Source: Gammaproteobacteria bacterium
GTDB taxonomy: Bacteria > Pseudomonadota > Gammaproteobacteria > UBA4575
Length of the DNA: 64,000 nucleotides
Reading direction: 5' to 3'
Assembly: GCA_041576975.1 (NCBI GenBank)
Contig: JBFGJY010000004.1
Span: 7,361-71,360 of the forward strand
The translations under genes were made by a program, and so were the position numbers. Shown piece after piece: positions 1 through 10,024 of the stretch. The notes under the pieces are model-generated. The model did not search any database. It had not been told where the DNA came from and saw only the letters and a program-made list of their open reading frames with translations. Within the stretch, counting starts at the first letter, position 1. Every line of letters starts with the position of its first letter.

Positions 1-2
1 CT

Positions 3-116
3 GAATGGAATCAGCCTAATTATTGGCCACTGATTATTATATTTTTATTTTTACTAATCTCATTTATACCAGCAGTGATCGGATTTTATCGGCGTGAACG
101 GAGCACAGTGAAGTGA
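3..116 (+). CDS. 3' end of an upstream gene (partial). The hydrophobic C-terminal tail (…WPLIIIFLFLLISFIPAVIGFYRRERSTVK) ends at a TGA that overlaps the yejB GTG start.
   Basis: The frame stays open from the window edge. The 4-nt GTGA stop/start overlap is typical of operon coupling. The product is not recognisable. Confidence 0.3.
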   Translation, partial: EWNQPNYWPLIIIFLFLLISFIPAVIGFYRRERSTVK

Positions 117-1090
117 TTGCATACATAATACGACGTGCCTTGTATGCGATTCCAATACTTATTGGAGTCAACATTATTACCTTCTTGCTATTTTTTGTAG
201 TCAATTCACCGGATGATATGGCGCGGATGTTTTTAGGACAAAAGCATGTAACTGAACAACAAATTGAAGATTGGAAAAGTGAACGTGGCTATCACTACCC
301 ATTGTTTTACAACGCAGAAGCCAATGGTGTAAAAAAACTAAGTAAAACTATATTTTATACAAAATCAGTTCGCTTATTTATGTTTGATTTTGGCCGTTCT
401 GATAGTGGGCGAGATATTGGTTTTGATATTAGTCAGCGTATGTGGCCAAGTTTAGCCATCGCTGTGCCACAATTGATTATTGGATTGCTTGTAACTATTA
501 CTTTTGCATTACTCATAGCATTTTTTCGTGCGACGTATATTGACTATTGGGCGGTTATCGTTTGCGTAGCGTTAATGTCTGTCTCGAGTTTGTTTTATAT
601 CATTGGCGGTCAATTCATCATGGGGAAAATTTTGCGAGTTGTCCCCATCTCTGGTTTTGAAAGCAGTATTTTTGGAATAAAATTTTTAATATTACCGGTA
701 ATGATTGGCATCATTGGTGGTATAGGGTCTAGCACACGATGGTATCGAACCATATTTCTTGAAGAAATTAACAAGGACTATGTGCGTACTGCGCGTGCTA
801 AGGGAATTTCTGAACAAATGGTGTTATTCCGTCATGTACTGCGTAATGCGTTAATTCCCATTCTTACTGGTGTAGTGGTGATTCTGCCGTTGCTGTTCAT
901 GGGTAGCTTGATTACGGAGTCTTTTTTTGGAATACCAGGCTTAGGTAGCTATACCATCGATGCAATCAATAGTCAGGATTTTTCAATTGTGCGTTCTATG
1001 GTATTTCTCGGAGCGTTTTTATATATCGTTGGATTATTATTAACTGATATTTCTTACACCATAGTCGATCCCAGGGTTAGGTTGAGCTAA
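113..1090 (+). CDS. yejB: ABC transporter permease of the DppB/OppB family, YejB-like
   Basis: 325 aa with a GTG start. The N-terminus (IIRRALYAIPILIGVNIITFLLF) and the VRTARAKG signature are typical of binding-protein-dependent permeases. The neighbouring yejE and yejF follow the E. coli arrangement. Confidence 0.8.
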   Translation: MIAYIIRRALYAIPILIGVNIITFLLFFVVNSPDDMARMFLGQKHVTEQQIEDWKSERGYHYPLFYNAEANGVKKLSKTIFYTKSVRLFMFDFGRSDSGRDIGFDISQRMWPSLAIAVPQLIIGLLVTITFALLIAFFRATYIDYWAVIVCVALMSVSSLFYIIGGQFIMGKILRVVPISGFESSIFGIKFLILPVMIGIIGGIGSSTRWYRTIFLEEINKDYVRTARAKGISEQMVLFRHVLRNALIPILTGVVVILPLLFMGSLITESFFGIPGLGSYTIDAINSQDFSIVRSMVFLGAFLYIVGLLLTDISYTIVDPRVRLS

Positions 1091-1095
1091 TCACA

Positions 1096-2511
1096 ATGTT
1101 TGGTAACCTAGTTTTTTTACTTACAGATATTCTGATTTTTGGTTTGGTATTGTGTATCGTTTCATTTTTTGTATACGCAATGCGAAAACCACATCTACGC
1201 AAACCATGGCGACAAGTGGTACGCAAAAAAGCTGGTGTCATTTCAATAATTATCTTATCTGTTTATATCGGTATTGCGTTACTAGACTCCATGCATTTTC
1301 ATCCAGTATTAGTAAATCAATCCAATAATCCTGGTGAAGTGCAGTACAGTGGCGAAGTACTAAGCGTGCTTGATCAGATGCTTTCCAATTTACGAATGAG
1401 TAGTGAAAAAACTTATTCGGCCCCCTTTGCTGCGCATTTATATGCTAAGGAAACCATACAATTACCCGATGGTACGAAGCAACGTGTATATCCACGTTTA
1501 TCTTGGGGTGCGGTGCATCTTGATGATCCTGAAAATCAAAAAACTGCAGACATAATCAAACTAGCCTTAATCGGCGTAATCAAGACTTTTCTTGTTTGGA
1601 GTGTGCTAGTTGCGTTGTTGTGTTTCTATGTATCCACAAAAGCAAAAAATTCATTTGGTAAAACAGTTAGAAGTATGTTTAGTGGCGAATCAGAAATCCC
1701 ATGGATAACAGCAGTAATCACTTTAGCGATAGTTTTATTAGTACTAGTTGTTGGAGCGGAATGGGCAACAAAGTATCACGTACTCGGCACGGATAAAGTC
1801 GGTGAAGATGTTTTGTATCAAGCCCTCAAGAGTATTCGCACTGGTGTAGTGATTGGAACTTTGACAACACTATTGATGCTGCCGTTTGCGATCACGCTGG
1901 GTATTATGGCCGGTTACTTTCGTGGCTGGATCGATGATGTCATTCAGTATCTTTACACCACGCTCAATTCTATTCCGGGTGTGTTGTTAATCGCTGCCGC
2001 AGTACTCATATTGAATGTGTATATGAGTAAACATGCTGAAGAGTTCGCCAGTCTGACTCAACGCGCAGATTTGAGATTGTTATTTCTGTGTTTAATTCTA
2101 GGTTTAACTAGCTGGACAGGGTTATGCCGCTTATTACGGGCAGAAACACTAAAGCTACGTGAAGTTGACTTTGTTCAAGCAGCCTCTGCATTTGGTGTAG
2201 GCTCAACTCAAACTATATTCAGGCATATTTTACCGAATGTAATGCATATTGTTTTGATCACATTAGTGCTAGATTTTAGCGGTTTAGTATTAGCAGAAGC
2301 TGTGTTGTCGTATATTAATATCGGTGTAGATCCTACTATGAATAGTTGGGGCAATATGATTAATAGCGCACGTCTTGAAATGGCACGTGAGCCTATCGTG
2401 TGGTGGTCATTAGCCGCTTCTTTATTTTTTATGTTTACACTTGTGCTATTTGCAAATTTATTTGCTGATGTGGTGCGAGATGCACTAGATCCGCGGTTAG
2501 CAAAACAATAA
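1096..2511 (+). CDS. yejE: ABC transporter permease, YejE-like (DppC/OppC family), with a long periplasmic loop
   Basis: 471 aa with multiple TM helices. It sits 5 nt after yejB and ends 3 nt before the ATPase gene. Confidence 0.75.
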   Translation: MFGNLVFLLTDILIFGLVLCIVSFFVYAMRKPHLRKPWRQVVRKKAGVISIIILSVYIGIALLDSMHFHPVLVNQSNNPGEVQYSGEVLSVLDQMLSNLRMSSEKTYSAPFAAHLYAKETIQLPDGTKQRVYPRLSWGAVHLDDPENQKTADIIKLALIGVIKTFLVWSVLVALLCFYVSTKAKNSFGKTVRSMFSGESEIPWITAVITLAIVLLVLVVGAEWATKYHVLGTDKVGEDVLYQALKSIRTGVVIGTLTTLLMLPFAITLGIMAGYFRGWIDDVIQYLYTTLNSIPGVLLIAAAVLILNVYMSKHAEEFASLTQRADLRLLFLCLILGLTSWTGLCRLLRAETLKLREVDFVQAASAFGVGSTQTIFRHILPNVMHIVLITLVLDFSGLVLAEAVLSYINIGVDPTMNSWGNMINSARLEMAREPIVWWSLAASLFFMFTLVLFANLFADVVRDALDPRLAKQ

Positions 2512-2514
2512 ATC

Positions 2515-4182
2515 ATGTCTGATCTATTACTGCACGTAGATAATTTAACGACAATATTCCAAACCAGTAGCCGCACGATTACTGCGGTAGATAATGTTAG
2601 CTTTAAAGTTAACACAGGTGAGACATTTGCTTTGGTGGGTGAATCGGGGAGTGGTAAATCGGTTACTGCATTATCTATTATTCGACTTTTGCCCGTGGCA
2701 GCGAAAGTGACTTCAGGCGCAGTAAATTTTGATGGTATTGATCTGTTGGCCTTACCAGAACGCAACATGCGCGACATTCGTGGAAGTGGTATTTCAATGA
2801 TATTTCAAGAACCAATGACATCGCTTAATCCGGTCGTAAAAGTAGGACGACAGATTTCTGAAGTGTTGGTGCGTCATCAAAAAATGACGAAGGCGCAGGC
2901 TCGTCAACGCGCCTTAGAATTATTGGATGCGGTAAAGATTCCTAAGCCTTCTTACACCATTGATACCTATGCGCATGAATTATCGGGGGGTATGAAACAA
3001 CGTGTGATGATTGCCATTGCCTTAGCTTGTGAGCCTAAACTGTTAATTGCAGATGAACCCACTACTGCGCTCGATGTGACGATACAGGCACAGGTATTGG
3101 ATTTGATTAATGATCTGCAACAGCAATTTAAAATGGCGATTGTCTTTATTACGCATGACCTGGCTGTAGTGAAACAAGTTGCCGATCATGTGGCGGTTAT
3201 GAAAGAGGGTGAAATTGTTGAACAGTCCAGCAATGAGGTATTCTTTTCTTCGCCACAACATCAATACAGTTGGGATCTATTTGCGGCTTTGCCAGCCATG
3301 GAGAAACGTGGCCGGCTGTTACTTGCGAGTAATCAAAAAATACATAAACCTGCAACTAAAAATGTTAAAGATAATCACACCTTGCATGTAAATGAACTAA
3401 AAGTGCATTTTCCAATTCGCAAGGGGATTTTTAAACGCACAGTAGGGTATGTAAAAGCGGTAGATGGAGTTTCGCTTGAAATACCTCCAGGTAAAACCGT
3501 TGCACTAGTAGGAGAGTCGGGTAGTGGTAAGACAACGGTTGGCAAGGGAATTTTACGATTAGTGCAACCAACATCTGGTGAAGTCACATACTTAGGCTTG
3601 CCAATTCACAACATCGACTATAAGCAGTTACTCGAACAGCGCACAAATTTACAAATAGTCTTTCAAGACCCGTACTCATCCATGAATCCACGCATGTTAG
3701 TAGGCGATATAATTGAAGAAGGGATGAAAACACTCAATGTAATTCCTGATGCTAATGCACGTAAGGCACGTGTTCTGGAATTACTTAAGCAAGTAGGTTT
3801 AGACGAATACGCACATCTTTATTATCCGCATGAATTTTCTGGTGGTCAGCGTCAACGCATTTGCATTGCCAGAGCACTGGCAGTAAATCCAAAGATTATT
3901 ATCTGTGATGAACCAACCAGTGCCTTAGATGTTTCAGTGCAGGCACAAATCCTCGATTTGTTAAATAATTTACAAGCCCAATATGGGATTAGCTATTTGT
4001 TTATCACTCATAATATGTCAGTTGTGGCTTATTTTGCAGATCGAGTAGCGGTGATGTATCAGGGTAAGATTGTTGAACAAGGTGAAGTTGAACAGGTTCT
4101 AACTCATCCAAATCACGAATATACAAAAAAATTGTTGAGCGCCGTTCCGAAGTTGGTGCCACCGACACGGGTAGCATTATAG
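2515..4182 (+). CDS. yejF: Fused double-ATPase ABC protein, YejF-like
   Basis: 555 aa with two Walker A motifs (GESGSGKS, twice), two LSGG signature motifs (LSGGMKQR, FSGGQRQR) and two Walker B motifs (LLIADEPTTALD, IIICDEPTSALD). Confidence 0.9.
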   Translation: MSDLLLHVDNLTTIFQTSSRTITAVDNVSFKVNTGETFALVGESGSGKSVTALSIIRLLPVAAKVTSGAVNFDGIDLLALPERNMRDIRGSGISMIFQEPMTSLNPVVKVGRQISEVLVRHQKMTKAQARQRALELLDAVKIPKPSYTIDTYAHELSGGMKQRVMIAIALACEPKLLIADEPTTALDVTIQAQVLDLINDLQQQFKMAIVFITHDLAVVKQVADHVAVMKEGEIVEQSSNEVFFSSPQHQYSWDLFAALPAMEKRGRLLLASNQKIHKPATKNVKDNHTLHVNELKVHFPIRKGIFKRTVGYVKAVDGVSLEIPPGKTVALVGESGSGKTTVGKGILRLVQPTSGEVTYLGLPIHNIDYKQLLEQRTNLQIVFQDPYSSMNPRMLVGDIIEEGMKTLNVIPDANARKARVLELLKQVGLDEYAHLYYPHEFSGGQRQRICIARALAVNPKIIICDEPTSALDVSVQAQILDLLNNLQAQYGISYLFITHNMSVVAYFADRVAVMYQGKIVEQGEVEQVLTHPNHEYTKKLLSAVPKLVPPTRVAL

Positions 4183-4185
4183 ATT

Positions 4186-5076
4186 TTATTCGACAAAAAA
4201 TTCTAATTTAATACCCGCGACATCGATAATGTCGTGGTCTTCTAAAGGTTGCGCCTTACCTTCAATGACTTCGCCATTTAATTTAGAAGCGGTGTCTTCG
4301 CTGCCGTCTATATGTATGATGAAGTAACCGCTACTCCTTTTTGTAATGCCAACTACGGCAACGTTAGGTTTTCCAATTGTGGTTAGAGATTTATCTAGTA
4401 CTAATTCCTTACCGCTGTTACTGCCACTTAGAATTTGAATAAGTCCAAGCTTATTTGCACTAGAAATTAACTGAGTGGGACAATCATGTTGTTGAGTTGA
4501 CTCTTCTGGGTGTTGTTCTTTGTCTTCATTTACTTCTTCGATGGGATCAGCTGCCTCCTTATTATTAACAGTGCTGATATTCTCGTTTATGTTATTTACA
4601 TCATCCATTATGTTCTCATTAACATCTTTAATTACCTCGCTAGAGTTATCACTCGATTGTCTTTCAGCATTGGCCAAGGCATAAATCTCATCAACTACAC
4701 TTTTGATTGAGTCATCAAGATTTTTTTCGCTAGAATTTGGTGTCATCACTACCGTCTTTTCAAATTCACTATTCGCGGAGCTGGTGGCTAAATGATTAAT
4801 GTATTTAATGCGGTGGTTGCCAATATCAATGATATCGCCATCTTTGAGGGCGTGTTTTTTAACAATTTTAGAATTCACAAAAGTGCCATTAGTGCTATTT
4901 AGGTCTTCTAAAAAAGAATCATTGAGTACAGTCGTGATTTGTGAGTGATAGCCACTGATTGCAAGATTGTCTAAACAAATATCATTATCAGTACGCCGAC
5001 CGATAGTGATTGTATCTTTATCAATTGTGTATTCGTCTAAGACTTTATCATCAACACTTAAGATTAATTTAGGCAT
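4186..5076 (-). CDS. FHA-domain protein. It has an N-terminal FHA domain, an acidic N/D/E-rich low-complexity linker, and a C-terminal FHA-like module.
   Basis: The N-terminus reads ITIGRRTDNDICLD…SGYHSQI…NSTNGTFVN, which is the FHA G-R…S-x-x-H…N-G pattern. The C-terminus reads TIGKPNVAVVG…SGYFIIH…KLNGEVI. The gene is 9 nt downstream of the PP2C gene on the same strand. Confidence 0.8.
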   Translation of the reverse strand: MPKLILSVDDKVLDEYTIDKDTITIGRRTDNDICLDNLAISGYHSQITTVLNDSFLEDLNSTNGTFVNSKIVKKHALKDGDIIDIGNHRIKYINHLATSSANSEFEKTVVMTPNSSEKNLDDSIKSVVDEIYALANAERQSSDNSSEVIKDVNENIMDDVNNINENISTVNNKEAADPIEEVNEDKEQHPEESTQQHDCPTQLISSANKLGLIQILSGSNSGKELVLDKSLTTIGKPNVAVVGITKRSSGYFIIHIDGSEDTASKLNGEVIEGKAQPLEDHDIIDVAGIKLEFFVE

Positions 5077-5085
5077 GTCAGTGTT

Positions 5086-5913
5086 CTACTTTGGTAGAAA
5101 TTTACTGAATTTTTTCTTCCAGGCTTTCTTTCCAGGAAACTCTTTGTTGGGTTTTGCCAATAGAACCGAAACGTTATCTCGGCCCCCATTTTCATTGGCA
5201 ATGGTGATCAATCTATCCGCCAATTGATCAAGATTATCCTTGAATGCTGTTACTGTTGCAAAAATTTCCTGATCATCGACCATATCTGTCAGACCATCGG
5301 AACAAAGAAGATAAATATCTCCTGGCATTGCTAAATCTTCTTTGATATCGACAGCAATACTACCTTCAATGCCAAGAGCACGTGTAACCAAATTTTTATT
5401 TAGTGAAGAATTCGCTTCCTCTTGAGTATAAAAACCGCGATCAACTAGTTCTTGTAGTAACGTGTGGTCAACAGTAACTTGTTGAAGATTTCCATCTCTA
5501 TAACGATACATCCTGGAATCACCAACATGCGCTATAGTAATTTGGTTATCATAAAAAATAGCCATCACCAAAGTAGTTCCCATGCCACGATATTGTGGTT
5601 CAGTACTGCTTACAGAAAATATCGTTTCATTAGCCTTAACTACTGATTTACGTGCTGCTAAACTTTCTTTTGTGTAACCAGTTTGTTCATCGGTCTCTCC
5701 TGGTGAGAGTTTAGGGATTTCAGCACGCAGTTCCTCTAAGATTGTGTTGACGGCTAAGCGGCTGGCAACTTCTCCGCCTTTATAACCTCCCATGCCATCT
5801 GCTAATACAACTAAGCCGATTTCTTGGTCCTCACCAATTTTGTCTTCATTATTTGATCGCACCAGACCAGTATTTGAGCGTCCTGCGATGTCTAAAATGC
5901 CTTTGAGATTCAT
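5086..5913 (-). CDS. PP2C-family Ser/Thr protein phosphatase (Stp/PppA-like)
   Basis: The motifs RSNNEDK, LADGMGG and DGLTDMV, and the sequence GGRDNVSVLL near the C-terminus, are classic PPM metal-binding motifs. Confidence 0.85.
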   Translation of the reverse strand: MNLKGILDIAGRSNTGLVRSNNEDKIGEDQEIGLVVLADGMGGYKGGEVASRLAVNTILEELRAEIPKLSPGETDEQTGYTKESLAARKSVVKANETIFSVSSTEPQYRGMGTTLVMAIFYDNQITIAHVGDSRMYRYRDGNLQQVTVDHTLLQELVDRGFYTQEEANSSLNKNLVTRALGIEGSIAVDIKEDLAMPGDIYLLCSDGLTDMVDDQEIFATVTAFKDNLDQLADRLITIANENGGRDNVSVLLAKPNKEFPGKKAWKKKFSKFLPK

Positions 5914-5922
5914 AACAAAAAT

Positions 5923-7398
5923 CTAGCCGTCTAACATCATCTGACATTCGCGTAGCTTATTAGCCATGCTTGCTGCAGATTGAAAGCGTTTGTCAGGGTC
6001 TTTTTCTAGTGACTTGTTTACAGTCCAGGCAATGCAGGATGGTGTGCTCGGATTGATTTCGATTATATCTTTATGTCGTTCATGTGTGATCGAGCGTATC
6101 AGTTCTGCCATAGTTTTGGGACGAAAAGGTGGTGAGCCTGTTAATAAGTGGTAAAGGCTAACACCCAAAGAATATAAGTCTGAGCGCGCATCTAATCTCT
6201 CTCCTGCCAGCTGTTCAGGAGACATGTATAAAGGTGTTCCTAATATCGATCCCGCACGAGTGCGTGTAGAATCAGGTATTCTCGCGATTCCAAAATCAGT
6301 AAGCTTAACGTAATCATCGGTTTGGTTATACAAAATATTTGCTGGTTTAATGTCTCGATGGATCACATCTTGCTTGTGTGCATAGGCTAACGCATCTGCA
6401 CATTGTGCAATTAATTTTAATAGATTTTTAGGGTGTAAAAGTTTATCAGCACGGGCAAAGTTACGTAAGTTGATACCGTCCACGTACTCCATCGCAATGT
6501 ATGCGAATCCATCTGTTTCGCCGTTATCGAATATTTTAACGATGTTTGGATGATCTAAATTCCCGGCCGTGTCTACTTCTCTATGAAACCGAAATTTGTA
6601 TTCATCTAGTTGGTTAGCATCTAGTTCATCAGTTAAGTTGAGTACCTTAATTGCAACCATTCTATCTGCAGCTATATCTTTTCCTTTGAATACAGCACCG
6701 GTAGTACCTTTGCCTAGTAGTTCAATTGCTTTATAGCGACTTCCATAGAGTTGTGGGTAATCACTTAATTCCTCTTCAGTTTTTGAACTATCATCTTTAA
6801 GTGTGATGAAAGTTGAGTCTGTGTCTTCAACAGTGGTTACAAGTTTTTCTTGAATTGATTCTGCAATTATATCAGTTTCTACTGGTACTTCTTTGGTTAC
6901 AATCTGTTGATCAGAATCAACATTAGGCTCGATCTCAAAGGACTGTAAGCGCTCTTTTACATCTTTGAAATTAGGCTCATATGTTGAGATGTAAAGTAGA
7001 ACTCGTTTAGCGTTTTCCGGATCACCTTTAATTTGAAAATCTATAGCCAAATTATATAGCAAGTTTGCTGTGTCATGGTTGTGTGTGCATTGCTTGAATT
7101 TTTCAAAGGCTAGACTCAGCTGACCTAGGCCCTGTAGTTTTAGTCCAACACTACGTGCATTATTTCTTGATAAGAAACGATCCGCTGCAGTCGGAGAGGG
7201 TGCTGGAGTTTCGTCAGCACCGACTTGTAGAATAAGCCATGAAGTTACAATTAGTGCAACTAGTGTCAATATCGTAATCCACGGTGAAAGATGCCAGCTC
7301 CACTGGCCCGCAGCAACAATAATTAGACAAAATAGGCTAAATACTACCCATTTATTATTTACTATAGTCGCTTTCAGCATTCTTACCATATTGCACAA
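5923..7398 (-). CDS. Hanks-type Ser/Thr protein kinase with the domains in inverted order: two N-terminal TM helices, a TPR-like segment, then a C-terminal kinase domain
   Basis: Kinase motifs are present: GKGTTGAVFKG (Gly-rich loop), AIKVL (the Lys), HRDIKPANIL (catalytic loop), DFGIA and SPE. Two hydrophobic helices lie at residues ~17-58. The gene is first in the kinase-PP2C-FHA operon. Confidence 0.85.
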   Translation of the reverse strand: MCNMVRMLKATIVNNKWVVFSLFCLIIVAAGQWSWHLSPWITILTLVALIVTSWLILQVGADETPAPSPTAADRFLSRNNARSVGLKLQGLGQLSLAFEKFKQCTHNHDTANLLYNLAIDFQIKGDPENAKRVLLYISTYEPNFKDVKERLQSFEIEPNVDSDQQIVTKEVPVETDIIAESIQEKLVTTVEDTDSTFITLKDDSSKTEEELSDYPQLYGSRYKAIELLGKGTTGAVFKGKDIAADRMVAIKVLNLTDELDANQLDEYKFRFHREVDTAGNLDHPNIVKIFDNGETDGFAYIAMEYVDGINLRNFARADKLLHPKNLLKLIAQCADALAYAHKQDVIHRDIKPANILYNQTDDYVKLTDFGIARIPDSTRTRAGSILGTPLYMSPEQLAGERLDARSDLYSLGVSLYHLLTGSPPFRPKTMAELIRSITHERHKDIIEINPSTPSCIAWTVNKSLEKDPDKRFQSAASMANKLRECQMMLDG

Positions 7399-7700
7399 TA
7401 GAGCCTAGGAAAAGACTCATTGTCTGTACATCCATTTGTACATCGGTTGTCTAATGATCTGTCTAGGCGCGAATTTTTTTGCGTCATTACTGACTTCTGA
7501 TCAGTAACTCTAAAAGCATGATATTCGGCTCATATATCCCCTATCTTTGGGGGTTTATATGATTTGGGAGCATACTACAGACACCTCTGTTACCACCATA
7601 ATTGGCGGCTCGGGGTGCGACGAATAATCTTATTTTAATGACGTAGGTCGAAAAATCAGTGGATTATGGGAGCAAAGCTTCAAATTTGGCGTAATTTGGC

Positions 7701-9107
7701 TTAGTCAATGAGAATGGATTCTCCAGGGATAAGGGGTTGATTTGGGTTCCTGCCATTGATTATGGCCAAGCGATCTACCGTAGTGTTGTTGCGATTTGCT
7801 ATCTTCCAAAAGCTGTCTCCCATCGCGATTACATAGAAATATGGGGCTTCTATATTACTCGGTTTAGAAGCTGATACTTGTTCTGTTACTGCATGGCGAG
7901 TAGTAATCTTTTTACTATTATTTTTAACGGGCGGGACTCGAAGAGAGTGCCCAGCCACGATGGTATTGCCGTTCAGATTATTTGCCTCTCGTATCATCGC
8001 TACGGATGTGCTGTAGCGTTTCGCGATACTACTCAAGGATTCACCTTTAGCAACAATATGTTTTTGCCAGGCTGGCAAAGTTTCTTCGGGCATACTATCG
8101 ATGATCATCGACAATAGCTCAGCGTCATGCTTTGGAACTAATAAGCAATAGCCTTCAGGGATGAGGTAATTTAGATTTCGCAGGGCTGGATTTAGCATGC
8201 ACAGTTCAGTTGCATTAATGCCTGATGTTTGAATAAGTTTTGAAGTGGATATGCGTTTATTAACTTCAATAGTTTCTATGTGAGGTTCATCGGCTATAGG
8301 ATGAAGTAGAGTGCTGCTTAATTGCTTATCACTTACTATTGCACTTAACGCTAATATTTTAGGGATGTAATCACGTGTTTCTCGTGGCAACTGCAGATCC
8401 CAATAATTTTCTTCGTTGTTATTCGCAGTGTTTGTTTTTAACGCTCGTTTTACACGCTGTGGACCTGCATTGTATGCAGCTAAGGCAAGTAACCAATTAG
8501 CATCGAATTGATTATAGAGGTAGGCAAGATAGTCCAGCGCAGCAGCGGTAGAGGCATACACATCATGGCGGCCATCGTAACCATATGTCTGTTGTAAGCC
8601 AAATTCTTTTGCGGTATAGGGCATGAATTGCCACAACCCTACAGCTTTAGCGCGTGAGCGTGCTTTAGGGAAATAACTGCTCTCTACGATCGGCAAAATT
8701 GCCAACTCGGCTGGCATCTGACGCTGTTCAATCTCGCTTAAAATAAAATGGATAAAAGGTTCTGCTTGTCGCGTTACAATAGATAAGTAATCAGCATTGT
8801 TTAGATATTTTTGTTTTTGTTGAACAACACGAGGATGCTCATAGAATTGAGATAAAGCTAAATTTTTTGCAATATGTTGCCAAATGAGTTGTTCGTTACT
8901 AGTGAATTTGATAGAAGAAGATTCGATAACAGGCACATTTATTGGAGGAACAATAAAATCAGGAGTAAGTGCATCGTCTGTTGCAATTCCAGTCAAAACT
9001 TCATTGCTTGAATTGTTCGGATTTGTAGGGGAGTGGGTGCAACCGGTGAAAAAAAGTGTCAATGCTGTAAACAGAGAGTAAATTATACTTGATACTTTCT
9101 CACTCAT
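7701..9107 (-). CDS. mltD: Membrane-bound lytic murein transglycosylase D (a lipoprotein with an SLT domain and two C-terminal LysM domains)
   Basis: A lipobox is present (LFFTGC). The SLT signature is ESSYFP…GLWQFMP…Y. Two LysM repeats are present (YIVAKGESLSSIAKRY…, YVIAMGDSFWKIANRN…). The position next to yafS-rnhA-dnaQ matches E. coli. Confidence 0.85.
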   Translation of the reverse strand: MSEKVSSIIYSLFTALTLFFTGCTHSPTNPNNSSNEVLTGIATDDALTPDFIVPPINVPVIESSSIKFTSNEQLIWQHIAKNLALSQFYEHPRVVQQKQKYLNNADYLSIVTRQAEPFIHFILSEIEQRQMPAELAILPIVESSYFPKARSRAKAVGLWQFMPYTAKEFGLQQTYGYDGRHDVYASTAAALDYLAYLYNQFDANWLLALAAYNAGPQRVKRALKTNTANNNEENYWDLQLPRETRDYIPKILALSAIVSDKQLSSTLLHPIADEPHIETIEVNKRISTSKLIQTSGINATELCMLNPALRNLNYLIPEGYCLLVPKHDAELLSMIIDSMPEETLPAWQKHIVAKGESLSSIAKRYSTSVAMIREANNLNGNTIVAGHSLRVPPVKNNSKKITTRHAVTEQVSASKPSNIEAPYFYVIAMGDSFWKIANRNNTTVDRLAIINGRNPNQPLIPGESILID

Positions 9108-9241
9108 GTGCGCGAAGAATAAAGATACAAATTGAGGAGATCAACATAAAAAATATAATGGAAATAGAAAAATTATTATATGTATTGAATCTTTTTCGAA
9201 GGTTTGCATCACAACTAATTGTTTTAAGGTAAAATTAAGCC

Positions 9242-10024
9242 ATGCAAATCTCTCAGCTATTCAATACTTCAAAAATTGCTCAGCAATTGAGTGATTGGTA
9301 TGCAAGCCCTGCTGGACAAATACTAAGCAAAGAGTTGGGAAATAAATTAGAGCAGTTATTACCGAATCTATTTGGTTATTATGCCTTACAAATAGGGACA
9401 ATCTGCAATGATATAGATTTGATGAGTAGCAGTACGATTGGTAAAAAAATATACATGACAGAGAATTCCAAGCAGGGAGTCGTTGCAGCAAGTCCGCTAG
9501 CTTTACCTTTTCCACAAGATACTTTGGACTTAATTGTATTACCACATACCTTAGATTTTACTAGTGATCCTCACCAAGTTTTACGCGAGGTGCATCGGGT
9601 ACTTGTTTCCGAAGGCCACATTGTACTGATAGCATTTAATCCTCTAAGTATGTTGGGTTTGTGTAAGCTTGCATTGACACGTAGCAAACGTGTTCCATGG
9701 ACTGGCCATTTCTATTCTTCACGAAGATTAAAAGATTGGCTCGCATTATTAGATTTCACTGTAAATGTAACCGAGCATGTAGGCTTACGTCCACCACTAC
9801 AGAATCTGCGTCTTCAGCAGCGTTTAGAGTTTCTTAATAAGGTTGACCGTTATGGAATGGGTCGCTTAGGTGGCGTGCAAATATTTGTTGCCAAGAAACG
9901 TGTGTTTACGCTTACACCCAGTCCCCAACTCTGGCGTCCACGTCGTCGTATCCTTCCGGTAAATGTGGCAGAACCTACTGTAAGACAGATGAGTCATGTC
10001 AGAACAAGTCGAAATCTACACTGA
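9242..10024 (+). CDS. yafS: SAM-dependent methyltransferase, YafS-like
   Basis: 260 aa with a class I MTase core ([29 protein letters not shown]). The 3' end overlaps the rnhA start, as in the enterobacterial yafS-rnhA arrangement. Confidence 0.6.
   Translation: MQISQLFNTSKIAQQLSDWYASPAGQILSKELGNKLEQLLPNLFGYYALQIGTICNDIDLMSSSTIGKKIYMTENSKQGVVAASPLALPFPQDTLDLIVLPHTLDFTSDPHQVLREVHRVLVSEGHIVLIAFNPLSMLGLCKLALTRSKRVPWTGHFYSSRRLKDWLALLDFTVNVTEHVGLRPPLQNLRLQQRLEFLNKVDRYGMGRLGGVQIFVAKKRVFTLTPSPQLWRPRRRILPVNVAEPTVRQMSHVRTSRNLH

Noticed and set aside
2208-2777. 189-aa ORF on the minus strand inside yejE/yejF
   Set aside because: It is antisense to two well-supported ABC transporter genes, has no recognisable domains and has a low-complexity composition. 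It is a spurious frame.
7399-7700. Possible hairpin CCCC-tatcttt-GGGG and TGTACAT direct repeat in the kinase/mltD intergenic region
   Set aside because: The stem is only 4 bp with no convincing T-tract on either strand, and the repeats are short. There is not enough evidence for a terminator or an operator.
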